A stretch of DNA of 50,920 bases from Octopus bimaculoides (lineage: Eukaryota): positions 157,978,261 to 158,029,180 of the forward strand of contig NC_068982.1 of the NCBI RefSeq assembly GCF_001194135.2, read 5' to 3'. The translations under genes were made by a program, and so were the position numbers. Under the pieces are notes generated by a model. It did no database searches, was not told the DNA's origin, and saw nothing but the letters and a program-made list of their open reading frames with translations. Below, piece after piece: positions 1-11,980 of the stretch. Within the stretch, counting starts at the first letter, position 1. The number at the start of each line of letters is the position of its first letter.

Positions 1-388
1 CTAATTGATGTACCAATACCAGCAGATGACAACGTTTCTCTAAAAGAAATGGAAAAGCTTTCAAAATACAAAGACCTGGAAATAGAGATAACTCGAATGT
101 GGAGTCTAAAGACAGAAACAATTCCTATCATAGTAGGTGCCTTAGGTATAATAAAAAAATATTCAGACAAATACATAACAAAAACACCAGCACTTACAAA
201 TATATATAACATACAGAAAATTGCACTACTGGGTACTGCACACATTCTACGCAAAACACTTTCAATACAGTAAACATAAGAACACCACAGCAAACCACAG
301 CACATGCCCAAGGCGCACAGAGCTGCGCTCGGTAGTGAAGTGAAAGCACGTTATAAAAATAAAACTACTGAATAATAATAATAATAAT
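1..388 (+). mobile_element. 3' end of RLE-type non-LTR retrotransposon (R4/Dong-like): endonuclease C-terminus, 3' UTR, (AAT)n tail
   Basis: Frame from base 1 reads LIDVPIPADDNVSLKEMEKLSKYKDLEIEITRMWSLKTETIPIIVGALG...KIALLGTAHILRKTLSIQ* (stop at 273). This matches the D-x2-P...EK-x2-KY-x-DL and PIIVGALG motifs of RLE domains. It is followed by AATAAA and (AAT)6 at 371-388. Confidence 0.85.
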
Positions 389-417
389 GCACATATGCTA
401 TATAGTTGATGTTGCAT

Positions 418-780
418 ACCTGAACATTGAGCTAAACTCTCAGAATAGAATTGCAGCTATAAACTCCATGGCGGTATCAGTTGAGCACTATAGCCTTAAT
501 GCTATCAATTTGAATCTGAGTGATCTCCAGCGTATGGACATAAAGACTAGGAAACTACTGATACTAAACATGATACACCACCCAAAATTAGATGTCCACA
601 AGTTCTGTCTCCCACGAAAGGAAAGTGGCAGAGGCCTAATCCAGCTATAAAACGACTACAATAGGACTCCAAGTGTACATCCGAAGTCACACCTACTGGA
701 TGGTACAGCTGATAAAGCAACACGAACAGCGTTGATACTAAGCAGACACAGTTAATATATTGCACAGAATATGCCAAAAC
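418..780 (+). mobile_element. RT thumb-region fragment of an R4/Dong-like LINE (separate degraded copy)
   Basis: ELNSQNRIAAINSMAVSV..YS..DLQRMDIKTRKLL..HHPKLDVHKFCLPRKESGRGLIQL resembles the conserved AIN-x2-AVPV...LD-x-KTRK...HP...RLYLPR-x2-GGRGL motif. Confidence 0.75.
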
Positions 781-1249
781 CATTTTGAAAGCAAAACATC
801 CCCAAAACATAGAGTGAATATGCTGATAATTCTAAGAATTAAATAGAGTGACAAAAAAAAACCTCGAAAACTAGTGGGTAGATTCTCTTTTGGCAAAACC
901 TCAACAGAATTAACACCCTAAAGAAGGTTGTAAGATATGTGTGTGTGTGTTTTAAGCTTGTGGAAACCACTGCTAATGTCATGCATAATAGCGACATAGA
1001 GATTTGAAAAAGTACTAGAACACCGATTGCCTTTACACTTCAGCTTCATCGATTTTGATCTGCCTTCGATACAAAATCGAGAAAAGTCCCGTCAAAGACG
1101 ATGACAGTGTTGATGCCAAGATATTGTCACTTACAGACGCACCATATAGTAATATTCAAAAAGCATCGGGCGGTATTTTCCTCCAGTGTTTCACATTTGT
1201 CATGTGTTCTTCACTATTTTCGTTAGTATCTATTGACAGCTTGCAATTC

Positions 1250-1560
1250 TTCCTAAAACAGTCTATGCCTTCTAACCCGTGTTCTTCCCATCTTTCTTTC
1301 CTCCTGTGACTGCAAATTGATGGTCAGAATGTAACCAGTCAGTGGCACTTTTCCTGTCTCTATATCTTAGAGCCTTCGCCATGATATTCTGTATAATACT
1401 TCATCATTTCCAATATGGTCCTGGTATAACATTTTAAACATCCAACATTTCGGTGATCTTCGTACTTTCCTTTAACGTTTCTCTTGCATATAGCAACTTA
1501 CGCTTGTTTTGCCTATAGTTGTTCGATGATATTGTATTAGCAACTCTTCATCTTATGTCT
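1250..1560 (-). mobile_element. possible RTE-like LINE C-terminal remnant
   Basis: Minus frame KCWMFKMLYQDHIGNDEVLYRISWRRL resembles the RTE/Jockey 'RML-x-I-x-W-x-D-x-I-x-NEEVL' motif. Heavily degraded. Confidence 0.3.
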
Positions 1561-2862
1561 ATTCATGAATTAGATTTCGCATGTTCAGTGAAATACTGCC
1601 CTCGCCTTTCCTAGTTTGCATTTGACAACGCACAAATCTCAGGGAAATTATACGAATTGGTTCATATATATCAATACGTGCGTGTGTGTGTGCGAATGTA
1701 TGTATTATTTTGTGTATATATGTATATATGCGTGTGTATATGTGCATTTGTGTGTATGAGTGTGTTTGTCTGTATGTATATACAAATCATTCATTTACAG
1801 TTTCTTGCATAGTGAGATAATTTCTTGAACCACCCCACTCCGAGTAGCGACAAAATAAGTCGTCATATATTTCTATATAATAAATGCGACTCCATGTAAT
1901 GCAGTTTTCAGTCGTTTGTTGAACACTCAGTAATTTCAATTCAAAATGTTCCTTCATATATTTAAAACAAAGTCAATGTTTTCTTCAACTGTTTTTCATA
2001 TTAATGGTGCTTTACTGTTTCTTTATATATTTCATTTAATTCTTTCGTATATCAACTATATTCAGTATGTTTTTCTGCTTTCATTCTATAAATGCCTTTT
2101 ACATTACCAATTCCACATTAATATAATATGATATAATATAATATAATATAATATACATAATATACTATGATATAATATATGTGATATGATAATATTATAT
2201 ATNNNNNNNNNNNNNNNNNNNNNNNNNNNNNNNNNNNNNNNNNNNNNNNNNNNNNNNNNNNNNNNNNNNNNNNNNNNNNNNNNNNNNNNNNNNNNNNNNN
2301 NNNNNNNNNNNNNNNNNNNNNNNNNNNNNNNNNNNNNNNNNNNNNNNNNNNNNNNNNNNNNNNNNNNNNNNNNNNNNNNNNNNNNNNNNNNNNNNNNNNT
2401 AGTTGATATAGTTGTTGCTTTTGATTTTTGATTTTTGCTGTTCTGGTTTAGCACAGTTATAAAACCATGATTTTGGGCTTATAATCTAATTCGTGATCTG
2501 CTAAAAATTGCAACCAATTTTTTTTCACTTTTACCCTACCTTGTTAGAAAACAGTAACTTGCATGATATATCTCAGTATTTTCTGAATGTTGTAAAATGT
2601 CGGAATGGTCATGGTTAGAATACATCTCATGTTGGTGTTTAGCCCCTGAACATGGACTAAACAAGACGAAAGCTTTTTTGAATATATCTTACATTTCACT
2701 TATCCATTTCATTTTTGTTTCATTTTCTATCTCTTTTCTCAATATGTCTTGTGTTTTGTCTCTTAAGGCTTAATTTCACTCACTCACTCTCTGACTATTT
2801 GTATATCCCTGTTTAACACGTATGCACACATTTAATACACACCCCACACACATATGTATATA

Positions 2863-3214
2863 TACTCTTTTACTTGTTTCAGTCATTTGACTGTGGCCAT
2901 GCTGTAGCACCGCCTTTAGTCGTGCAAATCGCCCCAGGACTTATTCTTTGTAAGCCTAGGACTTATTCTATCGGTTACTTTTGCCGAACCGCTAAGTTAC
3001 GGGGACGTAAACACACCACCATCGATTGTCAAGCGATGTTGGGGGGACAAACATTGACACACACATATATATATATATACATATATACGACGGGCTTATT
3101 TCAGTTTCCGTCTACCAAATCCACTCACAAGGCTTTGGTCGGTCCGAGGCTGTAGAAGACATTTGCCCAATGGGCCACGCAGTGGGACGGAAGCCGGAAC
3201 CATATGGTTTGTAA
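2863..3214 (-). mobile_element. SINE-A (tRNA-derived octopus-type SINE), 5' head truncated
   Basis: Collinear with the fuller copies at 24699-25078 and 49641-50015 (tactcttttacttgtttcagtcatt...ttcagtttccgtctaccaaatccactcacaaggctttggtcgg...). Confidence 0.85.
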
Positions 3215-3717
3215 ACCCCGGTAAACAAGCCACACCGCGCGTGAAACAAGATCTTCTCCCGCGTAAAACGATGTTGGGCATATGGTGGGGCTGGGAATGT
3301 ATTATCCATTACGAATTGCTTGAACGGAACAAAACGGTCAACGCGGAACTCTATGTTCAACAGATGGAACACAACACGGCTATTCAAGAGAAAAGACCTA
3401 ATCGGCATCATGGAGTTCTTCTGCTGCACGACAACGCCCGCCCTCATATCGCCAATATTCCTATTCAAACGCATGGCTGGGAACTGCTGCCACACCCGCC
3501 GTACTCTTCTGATTTGGCACCAACGGATTTCCACCTCTTTAGATCTCTTTCAAATGCTGTGCATGGAGTTTCGTTCAATCTTGATGCAGAATTGAGACCT
3601 TGGTTGGATCAATATTTCGAGCCAAAATCGGGTGATTTCTACCAACGAGGTATTAAAAATCTTGTTGAAGGTTGAGAAGAAGTTGTAAACAACAAGTGTG
3701 AATACATCATTGATTAA
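3205..3717 (+). pseudogene. mariner (Tc1/mariner) transposase C-terminal remnant
   Basis: Motifs KTMLGIWW..IIHYELL, LLLHDNARPH, HPPYSSDLAPTDFHLFRSL and FY.RGI.NLVE.*EEVVNN..EYIID* are present. There is a premature TGA at 3673-3675 (W codon). Only 31 residues separate the second and third catalytic D, versus the canonical D34D. Confidence 0.93.
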
Positions 3718-4194
3718 TTNNNNNNNNNNNNNNNNNNNNNNNNNNNNNNNNNNNNNNNNNNNNNNNNNNNNNNNNNNNNNNNNNNNNNNNNNNNNNNNNN
3801 NNNNNNNNNNNNNNNNNNNNNNNNNNNNNNNNNNNNNNNNNNNNNNNNNNNNNNNNNNNNNNNNNNNNNNNNNNNNNNNNNNNNNNNNNNNNNNNNNNNN
3901 NNNNNNNNNNNNNNNNNNNNNNNNNNNNNNNNNNNNNNNNNNNNNNNNNNNNNNNNNNNNNNNNNNNNNNNNNNNNNNNNNNNNNNNNNNNNNNNNNNNN
4001 NNNNNNNNNNNNNNNNNNNNNNNNNNNNNNNNNNNNNNNNNNNNNNNNNNNNNNNNNNNNNNNNNNNNNNNNNNNNNNNNNNNNNNNNNNNNNNNNNNNN
4101 NNNNNNNNNNNNNNNNNNNNNNNNNNNNNNNNNNNNNNNNNNNNNNNNNNNNNNNNNNNNNNNNNNNNNNNNNNNNNNNNNNNNNNNNNNNNNN

Positions 4195-4234
<40 letters not shown>

Positions 4235-4332
4235 ATTTTATTCCGCGCGGGTAGAAATATAGGATAAATAAAAGTGGAAAATGCACTGAGAATAGTTAAA
4301 TTATTTTTCTGTTAATATATTTATATATTTAA

Positions 4333-4777
4333 AGCTTCAACCGGTTTCACAGTTTACACTGATTTTCAAAAAGTTCAAATAGAAAGACGTGGCTTATGCC
4401 GCTGCTGTTTTGCTTCTGACTAGTGTTTGAGGCTTGCCCGATTTTTATAGGGACTTCGTGGCTGAAATTAGAATACGTTGTGAATAGGATTTGGTTGGTA
4501 GAGTATAAACATCTGACTGAAATTTTTGTAGGGTTCCCGCTACGTCCGTGTGTTAGTATCAAGTGACAATGTTTGACAACGTAAGTTAAGGCTGACACGG
4601 TTGACTGCACATGTCCAAGCAATCAATGCTCTGAATGTTTTCAGTCAAGTGTTTGTAGAGAATGAACACGTGATTAAGTTTATAACCTGTCGTACGATTC
4701 CCGTTACGTTCGTGCGTTAGTGTTACGTGACATAAACCGCGTCTTTCTATTTGAACGCTTTGAAACTGGTTAAAGCT
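4333..4777. mobile_element. non-autonomous DNA transposon (MITE), Kolobok-like
   Basis: TTAA on both sides (4329-4332, 4778-4781) and termini AG...CT. Imperfect TIR: agcttcaaccggtttca...gttcaaatagaaagacgtggcttatg versus the reverse complement of cataaaccgcgtctttctatttgaacgctttgaaactggttaaagct. Confidence 0.7.
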
Positions 4778-5746
4778 TTAAATACATAAATATAATAATA
4801 AAATTTATTATAACTACTGTCAAGACATTTTCAACTTCTATTTTCCCTATGTGTGTGTGTGTGTGTGCGTGCGCGTGTGTACGTGCATTTGTGCACTTTT
4901 GTATATGCTTTCATGTACCATTGTACGTCTGTACGTGTGTGTGTTTAACTGTGATTATATATAAAGATAAGTGTCAGAATGAGAGAGTAGGAGACGGAAG
5001 ACAGAAAAAATATATAGATAAATAAATAGTCAATCAAACGCAAAAACCCATTTATTTGAGAATCTCTTAATTTAAATGGTATTGGTTTAATTTATTTTCT
5101 TTATGATTTTCTGAGACGTTTTTGGTTTCTATTCTTTCCGTCTTTAAGCTAGATAGAAATAATTGATATACATCTGGCTTAGGTAGTTTATAGCTCCGAT
5201 TTCCACAGCAAGTATGGGGACAATTAATGAACGGAAGTAAAATGTCTGTATTTTGATGCCAATCAGTCAAGTCTTTCATTTTCGCTTAATCGTATTAAAT
5301 GATATATACATATATCACAGCAGTAATATTTTTTTGTTTATGTTTAACAGCAGTGTATATGGAAGCATGGACACATGTATACAAGTGCCTCTATGACTAT
5401 AAGGATGAGTATATATGTATGTACACAGCACGCACATACATATAAACACACACGCACATACACATATATATACACACGTATTCACGGACACACGCAAACA
5501 TACATTCAAAACCATACACACAGAAGTTTGTAAACAAAAGAACGAGTGAAATGAAATCTTGGTATGTAATGAATCATAGTGATGTAGGAAAAAGTGTAAT
5601 TAAGAATTCATGATGTATACAATTACGTATGCTTAATAATATACATACGTTCATGTTCACATACTTATAGTCACGTACATATACATCCGCACACATTTAT
5701 GCTTCTATATAAATAAAATTAGCTGTGTGTGTGTGTGAGAGAGAGG

Positions 5747-5782
<36 letters not shown>

Positions 5783-6462
5783 NNNNNNNNNNNNNNNNNN
5801 NNNNNNNNNNNNNNNNNNNNNNNNNNNNNNNNNNNNNNNNNNNNNNNNNNNNNNNNNNNNNNNNNNNNNNNNNNNNNNNNNNNNNNNNNNNNNNNNNNNN
5901 NNNNNNNNNNNNNNNNNNNNNNNNNNNNNNNNNNNNNNNNNNNNNNNNNNNNNNNNNNNNNNNNNNNNNNNNNNNNNNNNNNNNNNNNNNNNNNNNNNNN
6001 NNNNNNNNNNNNNNNNNNNNNNNNNNNNNNNNNNNNNNNNNNNNNNNNNNNNNNNNNNNNNNNNNNNNNNNNNNNNNNNNNNNNNNNNNNNNNNNNNNNN
6101 NNNNNNNNNNNNNNNNNNNNNNNNNNNNNNNNNNNNNNNNNNNNNNNNNNNNNNNNNNNNNNNNNNNNNNNNNNNNNNNNNNNNNNNNNNNNNNNNNNNN
6201 NNNNNNNNNNNNNNNNNNNNNNNNNNNNNNNNNNNNNNNNNNNNNNNNNNNNNNNNNNNNNNNNNNNNNNNNNNNNNNNNNNNNNNNNNNNNNNNNNNNN
6301 NNNNNNNNNNNNNNNNNNNNNNNNNNNNNNNNNNNNNNNNNNNNNNNNNNNNNNNNNNNNNNNNNNNNNNNNNNNNNNNNNNNNNNNNNNNNNNNNNNNN
6401 NNNNNNNNNNNNNNNNNNNNNNNNNNNNNNNNNNNNNNNNNNNNNNNNNNNNNNNNNNNNNN

Positions 6463-6503
<41 letters not shown>

Positions 6504-6662
6504 TTTTATTCTTTTAGCTGTTACAGTCATTATTAGACTGCGGTCATGCTTGCACGCCGCCTATGTATTTATATACGTATCATGCAGACACACATATATT
6601 CATATGTATGTATGCATGCGTGTATGTATGTATGTGTGTATGTATGCGTGTATATGTATGTG

Positions 6663-6738
<76 letters not shown>

Positions 6739-7270
6739 CACCCTGCTTATGATGTATGAATGAAGGCAACGAATCTATGGCTAACTCTTTATAGAAGGAG
6801 ATATCCCTGTGAAAGAATTCTCTGTCAAAAGGTACACCAGGGACTCTTCTTATTGCAGCTACTAGATTCCACATATTGGACTTACGTGTTTAGGATGTGT
6901 TGGTTGAAATGTTGCGTAAGTGTATCATAGTGTTGTTAAGCTTTCTGCAGGAGTTTAAGCCTATTATTTTTTTTCAAACAAATTAGCTATTGTGAAGTTG
7001 ATGTCAATAGTTACGGTTAACTCATACTGCTTGTATTTATGCAGTCTATATAAATCTGTCCATAATGTGTCTATTCACGTTATACAAGATATCAAAGTAG
7101 TGAAACTTTGAGCAACATTGAACTGAATCGTGTGCCGCTTCTCAACATGGACAAACTAAGTAATCTATTCTCCCGTTTATAAATGTAAATGTATTCCCAA
7201 TCCAATTCTGAGGAACTCTATTTACGAACTGAATATAAACAGTTTAAAGTGGAAAAAATATCTCATCCGT

Positions 7271-8705
7271 TATTCATTGAAGAACATTCAACTCCCAACC
7301 AAGGAATTCTATACCATGCGCCTTATCGAAAAATGGAAAGCGTAATACAGCGCACACGATCAAAGGATTACAAGAACACCAACTGACAAGTAGAAATTCA
7401 AAATGTAGAAGTATCCACAACCTTCAAAATAATTTGGAATTAGATACTACCACTCCGCAGCAGAAGGTCAGTTTCTGATACAACAATAAATGTTTCCTAA
7501 ATATATTTCAAGCAAACCTCAACGACCTTACACTTCAAGATAAAATAGAGAATATATAAGAACTGATCACCATTTCATTCTCCTAGGAAATGTTACTAAA
7601 ACGTAAAATTTTCGCCACCTCTTATGCCATAAATACAGAAGTGAAGAAGTAGCTTTCCCGCTAAAAGTAGAAAACCACGCGAATCATCTTACAGTGAAAC
7701 ATCGGAAAATCAATTTCTCTCCAGGTTAAGATGCAGGTTAATCAACTCCGAATAAGAATTGAAAATACCTACCAATTGCTTTCGCAACGCTATATTAGGA
7801 TTAATACGAGACTAGAATTACAGTGCTGTCGTTAAGTGATTTCACAGCTCATTGAACAAACCACACTGCAGATTCACTCAGTTCGATATACTAGGCTTTC
7901 AACTCTCGATCTATTTCAAATCCCCTTAACTTTGGACTTTGGAAGAGAATGTACTGCAATCAGGGATCCAGACACTAAGATAACGATGAACGCAACGAAG
8001 TTACTTTTACACTACATGAAATCCCTTCAGGCAAAAACTGAACGCAACCCTTTGTTTGATAACCCCAATAGGATATCTCATGGCGCGAAGGTGGCCAGCT
8101 TCATGCGCCTCTTAATCGCTCGCATCCACAAAAGGTACGCCGACTCACATTGTACTTGTTTGGGCAGAGATTATGAATTAGCAATCTCATGCAACACAAA
8201 TAACTAGTCGCATTAGGGATGGAGATATAAAGAGCTAGAAAGGAATATTTAAGAGCTCAAGATGAAAGAGCAAACTGCACTTGCGTGTGCAAATTCCCTT
8301 GGAAATTCAAGGTTTTAAACATAAGTATCACCAACTACTTCACGATACCTACCTTCTTACACATGTCACTAGATCTAAATTCGAACAAATACTGTCTCAA
8401 CAGACAGATTAATGATGATATTATATGCATGAGCAAAATTATGTCCAACCACCTTCCATTTATAATTAGGAAATTTCCAATTCAAATGAGCTGAGGTTTA
8501 TCTTTGATAGTGCTGTCCCTTATAACGATATATTATTGAGAAATGGTTTTAACGAGAATCTATACACATACACCACAGAAGAAACAGAAAAAGGATATTA
8601 AGTTGGTTTGATCCATCATTTGACATATGTAGTGTATAGCCAGGTAGCATAAATCTCTTTTTACCTCTCGTAAGAGAGTATTTGCCACATACACAAAAAG
8701 GAAAC
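7271..8705 (+). mobile_element. Penelope-like element, degraded ORF (N-terminus plus RT plus thumb)
   Basis: Ordered motifs across frameshifts: YSLKNIQLPTKEFYTMRLIEK/MESVIQR; NPLFD...GAKV (cf. FDVTMGSYDGAEV); LGRDYELAI (cf. LYRDDGLAI); LNISITN...TFLHMSLDLNSNKY...SNHLPFIIRKFP; RKRILSWFDPSF (cf. RNIIWFNPPF). Confidence 0.72.
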
Positions 8706-8784
8706 AAATACAACAGCAATAACATTATACATAGCAATTCCTACTTGGATAACATTATTCACATAACAGAAACTACAATGAAAA

Positions 8785-9016
8785 TGGCGGCGAGCTGGCA
8801 GAATCGTTAGCACGCCGGGTTAAATGCTTAGCGGTATTTCGTCTGTCTTTACGTTCTGAGTTCAAATTCCGCCGATGTCGACTTTGCCTTTCATCCTTTC
8901 GGGGTCGATTAAATAAGTACCAGTTACACACTGGGGTCAACATAATCGACTTAATCCGTTTGTCTGTCCTTGTTTTTCTCCTCTGTGTGTAGCCCCTTGT
9001 GGGTAGTAAAGAAATA
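8785..9016 (+). mobile_element. SINE-B (tRNA-derived, Meta/Sauria-like core), full length with 17-bp TSD
   Basis: A-box-like tggcagaatcgtt, B-box gagttcaaattcc and core gactttgcctttcatcctttcggggtcga. Exact TSD agaaactacaatgaaaa at 8768-8784 and 9017-9033. Confidence 0.9.
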
Positions 9017-9605
9017 AGAAACTACAATGAAAACATATACTGTGAGACTGGCTCGACACCTCAAAACCTTGGACTCCTTGCTCCTTTAAAGGATCTTGCC
9101 TTTCTAAAGTGTTGATGTTAAGTGTATCTATAAAACCCCAGAATGCTAGAGAACTATTTAAATAGAATTATTACAAAAAGACTACTCTGCACTCTTTCAT
9201 CTAAAGTATGATCATTTTAGAAATATAATATTCAGTGTCTTTGCCAAAATACTGATGAATGTAGATTTGGGTAAATGAACAACATGAATAATAGATGACT
9301 TAAAAATATAGAGAGAACAAATAACTAAAAGACGCTGTTAGCTACTTGAGGCTCCTTGAATGAGATGTTTACATTAACTTCACTATTATTTTGCAAGCGA
9401 ATGCGGAGTCTGAGCTAATATATCTAAAATAAACATCACTGTCAGATGATAGTCGTTTTACATTTTATGGTTTTTGCACGTCATGACGGTAATTATTTCC
9501 TCTTCGTTTATCTTTCATAATGTCACAACTGACGGGAAATAATGACTGGCTAATGTTTATAAATAAAATCTAACGAAGTAATTCTTCTTCCTCCGCCTCC
9601 TTTGT

Positions 9606-9722
9606 GAGCTGGAAAGAATCGTTTGCAAGCCGGAAAAAAGTGCTTAGCGGCACTTTTCATCCTTTTTGGGGATCGATAAGTAAGTACCAGCTGAGCACTG
9701 TGGTCAATGATTTAACTGACTT
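9606..9722 (+). mobile_element. SINE-B internally deleted copy
   Basis: gagctggaaagaatcgtt...tgcttagcggca/ttttcatcctttttggggatcgataagtaagtaccag matches 8785-9016. Confidence 0.7.
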
Positions 9723-9806
9723 CTACTACTACTACTACTACTACTACTACTGCCACCAAGACCGCCATCACCATCACCACTACTACTACTACTACTACTA
9801 CTACGT
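9722..9806. repeat. (TAC)n/(CAC)n trinucleotide repeat
   Basis: Direct reading of the sequence. Confidence 0.9.
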
Positions 9807-9953
9807 TCCCTAGTATACTAGATAATCACTCACATTGTAAGCATATACATATCAGCTGTCAGAGTAGTACACACTAGGAATTTGAAGTTCTGTACAGCCA
9901 ATAAATGAAACATATATATATCGTACTTATCCATCTTTCTTTCTTTCTTTCGC

Positions 9954-9984
<31 letters not shown>

Positions 9985-9997
9985 TCANNNNNNNNNN

Positions 9998-10041
<44 letters not shown>

Positions 10042-10134
10042 CATACGCTATTCAGGCTGTACTAAATTAAAATACTCATCTATATATCGACTAGAAATCG
10101 ACGACTCAGATATAGGAAAAAGTGGATAACGCAT

Positions 10135-10545
10135 TCACTGAACTAAAGTTTTCCAAAGAGTCACCAGCATAACTACCGCTTCTCTTGTCACGATGGTTCG
10201 TAGGCTCCATCCTCTGAGATGTCTGCATTTAGAGGTCAGTTTCGTTGATATGGCTGATGAAGAATGCATCATTTGAGATGATTATTCCTAAGTCTCGTAC
10301 GTCATTAGCATTCTGAATCATTGTATGCTATCTGGTGTCAAATAATTGGATTTGTGTGCATTCCCACTGTAATTTAGAACCTGAAATTTTGAGGTATTGA
10401 ATTTCATATTGTTTTTATTTGTCCATTGATAAATGAGGTTTCGCCCATTTTGGAGTGTGACAGCATCTTCTGGAGTTTGGATAGCCATCAATATTTTTGT
10501 GTTATCGATTTGGTTCATCAGATTGGCGGATTGCACCTGATAGGA
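10135..10545 (-). mobile_element. L2/CR1-group LINE RT C-terminal fragment
   Basis: DNTKIL..IQTPEDAVTLQN..NLIYQWT.KNNMKFNTSKFQVL..; frameshift; QNANDVRDLGIIISND..SHIN; LTSKCR.L.GWSLRT..TRE..VMLVTLWKTLV. Confidence 0.8.
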
Positions 10546-11926
10546 CGCTGATAAGTAACAATGGTTTTAGATCCTACCCTGGAGTATTTTCCTCTTTTCC
10601 CTAAGCGGAGGAAAATACAAAAAATACCTGCGCAAGTAAAAATAAAAAGCAATGACCTTTGTTTAGACATATTCTGAAAGATGGAGAGGTATTTAGGACC
10701 TTAGGACATGCAAACATAGTAAAACTCATAAGAAGGAAAACGCGATGGAGTTGGTTCAGCTGTAGTAGCGGAAAAGAAGAGCAGAGGATGAAGGAAAAAG
10801 AGAAAAGGAGCGAGGGAGAGGCAGTACATCTTCAGGAGAAATAAAGAAAGAGTTAATTCTAATGTAGAAGCACTTAACAAGGGAGAGAAAAACAAAGATA
10901 CGGGAAAGAAAGAAGCTGTGAGGAGGAAGTAGAATAATCATATTTACTGAGAGAAGAAAAAAAAACATCTGACGAGCATAAAAATACTCTGTACTTTACA
11001 AATGTAGGTAGTACAAATATGTGTGACGTAAGCAATTAACGTAAAGGACCAACTGATATTCAAACCTCTCGTCGACTATGGATCTTGAACCAATGTAGTT
11101 TTGGCTTGTTTTCCCTTAGCACTACTCCTTCGGATGCAGTAGTAATTGTAAAGCTCTCTGAAGTAGCAAAGTTTACAACAAAAGGTTGCAAGTTTCAAAG
11201 CACTGATGACAACAACACACAAATGAGACAAAAATTTACTGAAAAACAGCTATAGAATAATATAGTTCAACGAAAGATAATGGAGTCTCTTGATTGGTCA
11301 CAGCATCTGGAAGGTTGCATGAAAATATACATATATATATATACAACCTTCATACACACACACATCTATACAGCTCTTTTTTAATTCGTTCTTGGAATAA
11401 CAGTATATGCAATAATATTTACAAGTAAACTCTTGTCTCTATCTCTGTCTTTCTGTCTATTTCTCTCCCCTTCTCCCACCGCCAAATGCACGTAAAAGTG
11501 AGTTTGTTGTGTGAAGTCGAGTGATGGATAAGTCTGTCAACCAAATACAGGAATGGTTCAATGTGAGGCTTCGATAAATTTTCGTTGAATTTTAATAAAA
11601 ATCTGAGCAACGTGTGTTTAGTTTGGTAATTTACCAGAAAGATGTACAATTCACCCAACTCGTACGTTAGATGCAATGTAAAATATATAATTTCAACTTT
11701 GACCAGTAAAATTCTAAATTTCTCAGACAGAATTTTACAATTTCTATTCCTAATTTATAATCAATGTTGTCGGAAATGTATCATATTACTATGCTGTCTT
11801 GTCCACTCAGTATGGACAAACAAGAACATACACACATACACACAAACATATACACTCGCACAGAGACAAACTTATATATTCACGCACACAATCTTAAATA
11901 CATGCACATACATCACTCTCTCCCTC

Positions 11927-11980
<54 letters not shown>

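Noticed and set aside
5697-6874. Long ORFs such as 5725-6759 and similar ones at 3698, 14799, 17464, 47062-47649 and 49096
   Set aside because: They are open only because they run through N gaps and dinucleotide repeats (YIYI, VCVC, HTHT, RERE peptides).
6770-7130. Minus-strand protein-like stretch (IDTLWTDLYRLHK...VPGVPFDREFFHRDISFYKEL)
   Set aside because: It has a frameshift and stops, and no family motif I can recognise.
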